Shown: in pieces, positions 52,031 through 64,000 of the stretch
Position numbering within the stretch: the stretch's first letter is position 1
Layout: each line of letters opens with the position of its first letter
From: the human T2T-CHM13v2.0 reference genome, Homo sapiens
Length of the DNA stretch: 64,000 nucleotides
Assembly: GCF_009914755.1 (NCBI RefSeq)
Contig: NC_060934.1
Reading direction: 5' to 3' (one strand)
Translations under genes and position numbers: made by a program
Notes under the pieces: model-generated
The model's input: only the letters and a program-made list of their open reading frames with translations
The model's database searches: none
What the model was told of the DNA's origin: nothing

Positions 52031-52706
52031 ACCTCTCCTACTCTTCAGTGCACATGTGTGTATGCATCCTGCCATCTCACCACTGTCAGTGGGAGCACAA
52101 CTCTCAGTCCCACCCCTACTAACATGCAGGCACCCCACCATGCCACCAGGACGGGCATGAATGCTGGCAACACTGTCTCTGCCAGCAAACTACCCCTGCT
52201 ATGCCACCACTGCAATCATGTGCAAGAATGCTTCCACCCCACTCCCATTGGTGCCCCACCAAAGCCAATGCACATGCACCCCAACATGCCACTGTTGAGG
52301 ACCAACCAAAATATTCAGGACCTGAACTAGACACTTGACCAAATGGAACTAACAGATATCTACAGAACTCTCCACCAAAAAATAACAGAGTATACATTCT
52401 GTGCCATTGTGACTGCTGAGACACACAAGTGAGCATGGGTTCTGCTGTCACTGCCAAGATGAAGTGCTTTGGCCAACACCATCCACTGAAGTGCTGTGGT
52501 CAGCAGACTGAGAACTCCTCAGGCCCTCCATCACAACAAGTTCCCAACCACCAGGGGCCAGAAAACAGAGCTGGGGACCTGTTACCAGCCCCAGAGTTAG
52601 AGTACACAGCCCAGGAGTGCTGAGGTGTGCTTTGGTCCCCTAACATGTTCCAGAAGCAAAACCAGTCAACCCACTTTATACCACAATCAAACCTCCAAGG
52701 GCATCA

Positions 52707-53265
<559 letters not shown>

Positions 53266-54886
53266 TCAGGGAAAAGCCATAACCCAATCCAAAGAATCTA
53301 AGGAATACAATAAAATGATACAAGAACTGAAAGAAGAAATGGCCATTTTAATAAGGAACCAAACTGATATGATAATGCTGAAAAACTTACTGCAATAATT
53401 TCACAATAGAATTGCAAGTATTAACAGGCAAAGTGAACAAGCTTAGGAATGGATCTCAGAGCTGGAAGACTAGTTCTCTGAATTAACTCAATCCAATAAA
53501 AATAAAGAAAAAAATGAAGAAAACCCAGGAGAAATATGGGATCAAGTAATGAGAAAAACTTTATGACCCATTGACATTCCTGAAAGAGAGGGAGAGAAAG
53601 CAAGCAACTTGGAAAACATATGTGAGGATGTTGTCCATGAAAATTTCCCAAACCTCACTAGAGAAGCCAACATTAAAATTCAGGTAAGGCAGAGAGCCCT
53701 TGTGACATACTATACAAGATGACATCCCCAAGACACATAATCTTCAGATTTCCCAAGGTCAAAATAAAAGAAAAAAACGTTAATGGCAACCAGAAGGAAG
53801 GGGCAGATCACCTACAAAGGTAACCCCATCAGGCTAACTGCAGACTTTTCAGCAGAAACTCTCTGAGCCAGAAGAGAGAAATAATAGTGGGAGGCTTTGC
53901 CATTCCACTGACCTTATTAAACAGATCACTGATACAGAAAACTAATCAAAATATTCAGGACCTGAACTAGACACTTGACCAAATGGACCTAACAGATATC
54001 TATAGAACTCTCCACTAAAAAACAAGAGTATACGTTCTTCTCATCTGTACATGGCATGTACTCTAAAATCGGCCGTAAAACAATTCTCAGTAAATAAAAA
54101 AAATACTGACATCATACCAAGTGCACTATTAGATCACACAGCAAAATAAAAATAGAAATCAACACTAAGTTCGCTGAAGACCATACAATTACATGGAAAT
54201 TTTACAATGTGCTCCTGAATGACTTCTGGATAAACAATAAAATTAGGCCAGAAAACAAGAAATTCTTCGAAACTAATGAAAACAAAGACACAACATAGCC
54301 GAATGTCTGTGACACAGCCAAAGCAGTGTTGAAAGGAATGTTCATAGCACAAAATGCCCACTTCAAAAAGTTAGAAAGAATTCAAATGAACAACCTAACA
54401 TCAAACACAGAGAAACTAGAAAAACATGAGAAAATGAACCCCAAAGCTATTAAAGGACAAGAAGTAACCAAAATCAGAACTAACTGACTGCAATTGAGAT
54501 GTGAAAAACCATACAAAAAATCAATGAGTCTAGAAGTTGGTTTTTTGAAAGTATAAATAAGATTGATAGACTGCTATCTAGATTAATTAAAAAGAGAAGT
54601 TCCAAATAAACACAATCAGAAATGACAAATGCTTCTAGACTTGATAAACAACTTCAGCAAAGTTTCAGGATACAAAATCGATATAAAAAAATCACTAGCA
54701 TCCCTGTATAAAAAGAACATACAAGCTGAGAGCCAAATAAGGAACACCATCCCATTCACAATATGTACAAAAAAAAATAAAATACCTAGAAATACAGCTA
54801 ACCAGGGAGGTGAAAGCTCTCTATAATGAGGATTACAAAACACTGCTGAAAGAGATCAGAGATTATACAAACAAATGAAAAAGTAT

Positions 54887-55252
54887 TATGCAGCCATAAA
54901 AAATGATGAGTTTATGTCCTTTGTAGGGACATGGATGAAGCTGGAAACCATCATTCTCAGCAAACTATCACAAGAACAGAAAACCAAACACTGCATGTTC
55001 TCACTCATAGGTGGGAATTGAACAATGAGAACACATGGACACAGGAAGGGGAACATCACACACCGGGGCCTGTTGTGGGGTTGGGGTCGGGGGAGGGATA
55101 GCATTAGGAGATATACCTAATGTTAAATGACAAGTTAATGGGTGCAGCACACCAACATGGCAGATGTATACATATGTAACAAACCTGCACGCTGTGCACA
55201 TGTACCCTAAAACTTAGAGTACAATAAAAAAAAAGACAAAAGAAAAAAAAAA
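54887..55252 (+). mobile_element. 5'-truncated L1PA (L1PA4/5-like) 3' end nested in the older L1
   Basis: TATGCAGCCATAAAAAATGATGAG...GTACCCTAAAACTTAGAGTACAATAAAA; TSD approximately GAAAAAGTATT / GAAAAATATT. Confidence 0.92.
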
Positions 55253-56610
55253 GAAAAATATTTCATGTTCATGGATAGGAAGAGTCAATATCATTAAAAT
55301 GGCCATAGTGCCCACAGGAATTTACAGATTCAATGCAATTCCTATCAGATACCAACGAGATTCTTCACAGAATTTGAAAAAAAAAAAAACTATTTTAAAA
55401 TTCCTATGAAACCTAAAATGAGTCTGAGTAGCCAAAGCAATTCTCAACAAAAAGGACAAAGCTGGAGGTGTCATATTACCCAACTTCAAACTCTGTTACA
55501 AGGCTACAGTAATGAAAACAGCATGGTACTGGTACAAAAACAAACACACAGACCAATGGAAGAAAAAGGGAGCCAAGAAATAAAGTCCCACACCTATAAA
55601 CATCTAATCTTCAACAAAGTTCACAAAACCAAGCAATGGGGAAATGAGTCCATATTCAATAAATGTTGCTGAGATAACTGGCTAACCATATTCAGAAGAC
55701 TGAAACTGGACCCTTTCCTTAGGCCATATGCAAAAATCAATTCAAAATAGATTAAATACTTATATGCAAAAACTATAAAAACCCTGGAAGATACATAGAC
55801 CCTGGTAAAGATTTCATAACGAAGATGCTAAAAGTCTTTGTAACAAAAACAAAAACTGACAAATGTGACCTAATTAAACTAAAGCGATTCAGCACAGCAA
55901 ATGAAATTATCAACAGCAAACTGACAACCTACAGAATAGAAGAAAATAATCGTAAACTGTGCATCCAACAAAGGCCAAATATCCAGAATCTATAAAGAAC
56001 TTAACAAGCAAAACAAAATAACCTTATTAGAAAGAGCAAAGGAAATGAACCGATGCTTCTCAAAAGAAGACATACATGCAGCCAACAAGCATATGAAAAA
56101 TCACCCACATCACTTACAATTATAGAAATCAAATCTAAACCACAATGAGATATACCCTCTCACACTCAGAATAGCTATTATTAAAAAGTCAAAAGATAAC
56201 AGATGCTGGTAATGTTGAAGAAAAAAGAGAATACTTTTATACACTGCTGGTGGGAATGAAAATTCATTTAGCCATTGTGTCAAGCAGTTTGGTTATTTCT
56301 CAAAGAACAAAAAATGGAACTATCATTTGACCCAGCAATCCCATTACTGGGTATATATGCAAAGAAATATAAATCATTCTACCATAAAAATATATGCAAA
56401 CATATGTTCATCACAGCACTATTCAATAATAATGAAGACATAGAATAGACCTAAATGCCCATCAGCAGTAGACTGTTAAAGAAAATGTGGTACATACACA
56501 CCATGAAATACTACACAGCCATAAAAAGAATGAGATCGTGGTGTTTGCAGCAACACGAATGAAGCTGAAGTCCATTATCCTAAGCAAATTAATACAGGAA
56601 GAGAAAATCA

Positions 56611-57626
56611 AGTTGCAGGAAGTCAGGGACCCCGAACGGAGGGACTGGCTGGAGCCATGGCAGAGGAACATAAATTGTGAATTCTTATGCCTGTCTTTAC
56701 TTTAATCTCATAATCCTGTTATCTTCGTAAGCTGAGAATGTAAGTCACCTCAGGACCCTGTGATGATTGCATTAACTGTACAAATTGATTGTAAAACATG
56801 TGTTTGAACAAAATGAAATCTGATTGTAAAACATGTGTGTTTGAATAATATGAAATCAGTGCACCTTAAAAAAGAACAGAATAACAGTGATTTTAGGGAA
56901 CAAGGGAAGAAAACCATAAGGTCTGACTGCCTGTGGGGTCTGGCAAAAAGAGCCATATTTTTCTTCTTGCAGAGAGCCTATAAATGGACGTGCAAGTAGG
57001 AGAGATATCACTAAATTCTTCTCCTAGCAAGGAGTATTAAATATTAAGACCCTAGAAAAAAATAAAAAAAAAATTGCATTCCTTGGGGGAGTTCTATAAA
57101 CGGCTGTTCTGGGAGTGTCTGTCTTATGCAGTTGAGATAAGGACTGAAATACGCCCTGGTCTCCTGCAGTACCCTCAGGCTTACTAGGATTGGGAAATTC
57201 CAGCCTGGTAAAATTTGGTCAGACTGGTTCTCTGCTCTCGAACCTATTTTCTGTTAAGATGTTTACCCAGACAATACATGCACAGCTGAACATAGACCCT
57301 CATCAGTAATTCTAATTTTGCCCTTTGCCTTGTGATCTTTGCTTTGCCCTTTGCCTTGTGATCTTTATTGGCCTCAGAAGCATGTGATCTTTGTGACCTA
57401 CTCCCTGTTCATACACCCCTTCCCCTTTTGAAATCCTTAAAAAAAGTTGCTGGTTTTGCAGCTCAGGTGGGACATCACAGACCTACCAATATGTGATGTC
57501 ACCCCCGGCGGCCCAGCTGTAAAATTCCTCTCTTTGTACTCTTTTTCTTTATTTCTTAGACCAGCCGACACTTAGGGAAAATAGAAAGAACCTATGTTGA
57601 AATATTGGGGGATGGTTCCTCCGAAA
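56611..57626 (+). mobile_element. MER11 solo LTR (HERV-K11/HML-8)
   Basis: GTTGCAGGAAGTCAGGGACCCCGAACGGAGGGAC start, TTGAAATATTGGGGGATGGTTCCTCCG end; 6-bp TSD AAATCA/AAACCA; the L1 is contiguous across it. Confidence 0.92.
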
Positions 57627-60113
57627 AAACCAAATACCACATATTCTCATGTATAAGTGGGAGTTAAGCATTGAGTACATATGGACACAGAAAAAGGAAC
57701 AGACACCAGGGCCTATGTAACAGGGGAGTGTGGGAAGTAGGGTATGGATTGAAAAACTACCTATCAGGTATTATGCTGATTACTTGGGTGAGAAAAGTAT
57801 CTGTATACCAAACCCCCAGAACACACAATTTGCCTATATAACAAATCTGCACTTGTTATATATTTGCCTATATAACAAACCTGGACTGAACCTAAAAGAA
57901 AAGTTAGAAAGTAAATAAATCATTATTTTAAAGAGTTTTTTTTCTTCTTTTTATTATTATGAGTGGAAATGATGAGGTAGTGGGAAGAGGTAAGAATTTT
58001 AAGAGCTGTAAATAAGGTAAGATGAGATCCATATAATTTTGTGGCCATTACGTAAGTGAGGCAAAGCATGATGAAGCTTACATTTTTCCAGTTGGGAACC
58101 TGATAAAACCATTGCTTAGATATGGAATATGGAATAAAAATAGTGGCCACAAAAATGGTTATAATAATTTTTATGTATGTATAATAATTGGTAGTCATTT
58201 AGGATTTATAGGTATAGGCCTTTAAGGTGAAATTAATTCTGGAGATTTCTATTTGAAAGAGGATAGAGATTATGATTTTACCACAGGAATAGATGAAAAT
58301 ATTTCACATTCAGTGAGTAATTTAACAGAAAGCAAGAGTTCCACGAATTTTGAGGTAAATTACAGGACAGTTGTGAAAACTATGATTTAGCCTTGGTTTT
58401 TGTTTGTTTTTCAGTTAGCAATACTTCTTGCTGAGTTGTATTTCACAGTCAATGCAATGATGGCTCCAAATTTGAGCCCTCAAAATTGTGGAATTTAAGG
58501 AATCCCCTGAAAAATTATTTACATGGTACCTGGACTGCAGTCAGCCCTCCATATTCATACTTCTGGATCTCAGGCTACAAAATGGGTACTTTAATAGAGA
58601 AATTAGCACACATGTGACAGGTTTCTCTTTTGCAGCCCTGATATGTAATTCAGGGCAGAAATGACAATATAAATGCAATATCTTGAGTAGGATTCTCTGC
58701 ACCTTTGTGAGCTAATAGAGAGGAATCTGCCTAAGATTGTAATGTTGGCAGGGAATAGATTTGATTCTGAGCCCACCTGAAGTAAGAAGAGCCTTTGTTA
58801 AATGGCTTAACACCTTGTTATATAAAGAGAACACAGGCCCTATCTTTACAGAAAATGTATCCAAGCAATCCTTGTTCTTGTGCAAGTGAACGCTAATGCT
58901 TCATTCTTAAAATTTCACCTATGGAAAGAGTATCATGTAAACTCTTTTCATTCCCCAAAGTGGCTGCTATGGAAACAAGTCCTGATGCATGACAGAGGAG
59001 GAAAGCTATCAGTCCTGTGGTTAAAGAGGGGACATTTCCACTAGATTTCCAATTGCATATGGAATCAAGAAAGAAGCAACTGGGAATTACTTCACACAGC
59101 AAATCTAAGGAAGAGACTGTTAATTTGGCTTTGCCAGTTACTCCTTCTCAAGGCCCATAATTAAATGTGAGTTTCTGGGCACTAATGCAAAAGCCAGATT
59201 TGCTCTGAGCCTGCGGGGCTTATAAATTGGTTGCTTTTGCAAACTGTTATTGTTCCTTTAGGTCAAGAGGGGAAGAATTATTGACTTTGTTCAGTTGAAT
59301 TAAATGCTCCCCTTGTGGTTTGAAAGAAGAAATTTGCCTCCCTCACCCTCTAAGATTACATACAAAGGGAGAATTGTTTTTGGGCAAGTTAGACTTGATG
59401 AAAAAATATACAGTTCTACTGGATTATAGCACTGTGTGTTGCCTTAGAGTCACATGACTCCAGTTTTGCCTTCTATATGAAGCCCAAGGCTTTCATCTTT
59501 TTCTGATACAGTGGGCTCTTCAGCTTTAAGCACTGACTTTTGTGTGCTAGTATACAATGCCTGTACACTCCCACAAAAAGCTCAAGATGTCCTTACACGT
59601 ATTTGCTGTAGGTGTCCTTCAGCCGATTTCAGTGCCTAGAATCTAGATGCTTTGCACCTAGTTTCACCTTTGCTCACAGATGCTAGTGCCTTTTAGAATC
59701 CCAAGAGGCCAAAGTAAAACTGAAAAGCCTAGGAGGACCTGGTGTGGCAAAATCTCATCATGATCCATGCAACAGTGGAGGCAATGTTACGCTCTGCCTC
59801 AGGTTATACTTCTATGCAAATTAAAAATAAAATTCATAGGAAGCAATTATATTAGAGTTGGTATTTAATCCAGCATTCTTCTGAATTATCTTACATATAA
59901 ACTTAGTTCATCTTAATATGAGAATTATATAATAAATTTGAGGAAATCTTACAGATTTGTTCAAAATATGCTTGCTGAATAAATAAATTAATAGTATATG
60001 CTAGCACAGTGTATGCATGTGTGTTGCATGTGTGTGTATGTGTATATAATGGCTAATTTTTAATATTACCTATACTAATGCCTCTAAAAGTTAAATCTTG
60101 ATATACACTAGAG

Positions 60114-60349
60114 CAAGATTGTCCAACCCACAGCCCATTGACCACATGCAGCCCAGGATAGCTTTGAATGTGGCCCAAAACAAATTCATAAATTTCCTGA
60201 AAACATTATGAGATTTTGTTGTGATTTTTTTGTTTTCAGCTCATCAGCTATTGTTAGTGTTATTGTTAGTGTTAGTGTATTTTATCTGTGGTCCAAGACA
60301 ATTCTTCTTCCAATGTGGCCCAGGGAAGCCAAAAGGTTGGATACCCCTG
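60114..60349 (-). mobile_element. MER30 hAT-Charlie MITE, full length
   Basis: Ends TGTGGCCCAGGGAAGCCAAAAGGTTGGATACCCCTG; 8-bp TSD CACTAGAG / CATTAGAG. Confidence 0.9.
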
Positions 60350-60510
60350 CATTAGAGTAAATACTTTGCATTCATAAATGAAATACAAAAAAGAGTAGTA
60401 TAATAATTCAACAAAATATTTCTGCCTTTAATACTTATGAGACATATTTAACCTAAATTTAAGCATTTTATTGGGCAAGTCACCATTTCCCTTTAAAAAT
60501 TTGTATATTC

Positions 60511-60879
<369 letters not shown>

Positions 60880-60884
60880 ATTTT

Positions 60885-60902
60885 TGGTGCCCAACATGGG
60901 AT
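60885..60902 (+). other. Retroviral primer-binding site, tRNA-Lys-like
   Basis: TGGTGCCCAACATGGGAT a few bases after the LTR end, versus TGGCGCCCAACGTGGGGC (tRNA-Lys CUU PBS); two of the differences are CpG decay. Confidence 0.7.
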
Positions 60903-61308
60903 TGTAAACTTCAAGTGGTCTAGCTTGCCTGGTATCCAACAGATGGAGCAACTGGGAACAGCAGCGTTCACACTACCAAGCAAAGCATCAATCACTTTGA
61001 ATGCAAGCTACTTGTTGCTAGCTGACCCCATAGCTGGGATTCTAGAGACACCCCAGCTGCCAAAATTGCTTTGGCTTGGGGGATCTCCCTTCTTTCCTCT
61101 TCCCAGCATCAGCTGCCTGCAACACTTCACTGGTGTTAGGAAAAGTGGTGTGTCTGGGGAAGCTGACATGCTCCAGGACTGAGTAGGTCACTCTGGTGTG
61201 TAGAGTTAACAACTCCTTTTACCTCGTATTTGGGTTTTTCCTTGGAATAAGCCACTTTGTGTATTGACTGGAGTACCCTATTGGAGAGGGGAATAGCTAT
61301 TGGATTTT

Positions 61309-61606
<298 letters not shown>

Positions 61607-62898
61607 AGCTATTAGATTTTTACCCAATTTGAGAACCAGTTCATTTGCATTTGTCTTCCAGTTGTCTTTGTGGGCTCTGGGGTTACATCTTTAAAAAAAT
61701 GGGAAAGTTAAAAGACATGCCAGGTTTTCTGGGACTCTAGATGGTTATATACTATGGCCCATTTTTGCACATTTTAAACTGATCAGCAAATTACAGCAAG
61801 AAAAATTCAGAACTCAAATGGTTAACTTGCAATTATAGAGTTAAGTAAAGTCTTCTAAAACTCTCTATCTGTTTTTCTCTTTATTTTTCTGCCTACTTTG
61901 AATCTACTGTGAGAGGAAATAGCTTTGTAAGCTATTGGTGTTGGGATAAAACTCACTGTTTATGCTGACACCAATTCAAGGTTACTTGGAGATTTTGTTT
62001 TTCTTATACAGTTAAGTCAGTTCTAGCTAAAACATAAACACTGCAAACTCATTTGAAACTGAAGGGAAAAGGGGGTGGTGGTAAAAGAGGCTTTTCTAAA
62101 TTATTAAACTTCCCTGAAATGTGCTTGACCCAAAATTTTGGTCCACAACCTTCACTGGATTACCAATCAGACAAAGTTTAGCCATGTGGACAGGTCTCAA
62201 TTTTGTCAGAAATAATTTGGATCCAGCTATGTCTTTTATAGGCTGGTGACTTTGTGATGCTGTCTTATGATTAGAGTTCCAAGGTAAAAGATACAGGATC
62301 TTTGATTTTGTGTGTATATGTGTTCATATGTGTATGTACATGTATTATGTTAAAGTCATGTCCAGCATGTTGCCAAATTGGCTTATAAGTAAATGATTAC
62401 TCACAAATTAAGTAAATCCAAATGCTTTTCAAGTTCACATAAATTTAGTAATCTTTGGTAAATAAAAATAATTTTAAAATTATTAGTAAAACAAAACTAG
62501 AAATGCCTTTGGAATTGTAAGCATACATTTTTTATGTGGGCTTACAGATTATTTTATATTTTGCCTCTGCTAGAAATTTTAAGGTGTCAGGGGTTGGCAC
62601 AACCACAAAAGTTATAAGAGTACAAACCCAACCAAAAAAAGAATAATCTTTGTTTATGTGAATTTTTTGACAAATAAGACTAATTTAAGATTGCTAATTC
62701 AATAAAAACACCTGAATTTTCTGAGTTATCAGCAAGATGCTCATGTGTTTCACTTTAAGGTTCTTTCTTAGGTGAATACTTGGTATTCCAAGGGTACACT
62801 AAATGGTTAACAAGAAAATAACTTGAAATGATGACTAGCTTTGTCTAATATCTCAGTTTTCAGAAATAATTTGGATAAAATGTTAATAATTAAAGAAT

Positions 62899-63213
62899 TT
62901 CTGGGTAAAGTGGCTCACACCTGTAATGCCAACACTTTGGGAGGCCAAGGTAGAAGTATTGCTTGAGCTCAGGGGTTCAAAAGCAGGCCCTGGCAACATA
63001 GGCCCCTATCTCTAAACAAATTTTCTTAAAATTTAAAAAATATTTTTAGCTGAGCATGTTGGCTCACAACTGTGTCCCCAGATATTCAGGAAATTTAGGT
63101 GGAAGAATCACTTGAGTCTGGGAGATTGAAGCTACAGTGAGCCATGAGCATGCCACTTCACTCCAGCCTGGGCAATAGAACAAAACCCTGTCTCAAAAAT
63201 AAATAAATAAATA
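62899..63213 (+). mobile_element. AluJ, full length, diverged
   Basis: TTGCTTGAGCTCAGG...GAAGCTACAGTGAGCCATGA, with a (TAAA)n tail. Confidence 0.88.
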
Positions 63214-63921
63214 AGTACATGTAAATGGGATACATGCTCACTTATAAATTTTGTAATTTAAAATCTTAAAATTATTTTGAATTGAATAGTAGATGCTTGT
63301 TGGATGTCTGGGTAATTTTCAATTAAGAAAGGGTTATCATATGGAAAACATGTTACTAAAAATTGTGGAGTGGTTTCATCTATAAAATGTTAACATCTGA
63401 GAGTCAGGTAACAATTTGCTGCTTCCTAAAATTTAAGGCTACTAAGAACAAGAATTCTAGTTAATACATAATTCTGTAAGTTGTGTTTTTATTAAGAAAA
63501 GAGGTAATTATAAAGTTATGAAAGAAGGTAGGAAGAAACAAGTAGGAGGAATAATGCAAAGATACTTAAGGATATGAAGATGTATTTTTGTAGGGAAAAT
63601 TATAAAGAAAAAAGAATAATTTTGTATGGAAAGGGATCTTGTATGCTAAATTTTTATCCTAAAGTACAATGACTGGTTTTTTAAAAGAGAGGGAAGTATG
63701 GGAAAAACACAAAGTCCAAATGTCATTAATGGTCTCTGTAAGTCATGATAAGGTTTGTGAAATGGAATTTATGAAAGGAATTGTATATGTAAGTTCATTA
63801 TAATTATAAAGGAAAGTATTTATTTACTCTTAATAAAATTATAAGAGGTTCTTATTTTTAATTCTATGACCTGTCTCCTTTTGAAAACTCCTTAGATTTA
63901 TATCTTGGAAGTTCAACTTTT

Positions 63922-64000
63922 GGCCAGGTGCTCATGCCTATAATCCCAGCACTTTGTGCCTCATACCTATAATCCCAGCACTTTGGGAGGCTGAGATAAG
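63922..64000 (+). mobile_element. Alu 5' end, runs off the window, with internal tandem duplication
   Basis: GGCCAGGTG then CTCAT(G/A)CCTATAATCCCAGCACTTTG twice. Confidence 0.85.

Overview
This is AT-rich, repeat-dense primate genomic DNA, most likely human or another ape, because AluY-like and L1PA3-like copies are present. It looks intergenic or deep intronic. I find no credible protein-coding gene, RNA gene or processed pseudogene. The longer ORFs trace to L1 ORF1/ORF2, the Tigger1 transposase C-terminus, Alu sequence or a low-complexity tract; the short ORFs in unique DNA show no recognisable product. More than half of the window is transposon-derived: about 20 Alu copies or fragments, many L1 pieces (including two degenerate near-full-length L1s with nested insertions), several solo LTRs (LTR10-like, LTR8-like, MER11, MSTA, MLT1, MER4-group), an ERV1 LTR+PBS+internal segment at the right end, DNA transposon fossils, L2/MIR relics and microsatellites. 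Subfamily names come from recalled consensus features and need RepeatMasker/Dfam confirmation. I see no evidence for a new biological system. The most interesting unexplained signals are: (1) a ~3.3 kb CpG-retaining domain (19.6-22.9 kb) containing an old but CpG-rich Alu and a candidate minus-strand exon next to a UG repeat; (2) several repair or rearrangement scars inside L1s, namely a 100-bp templated duplication, a micro-inversion, twin-priming inversions and filler DNA; (3) a 500-bp polypyrimidine tract with a 215-bp higher-order duplication.
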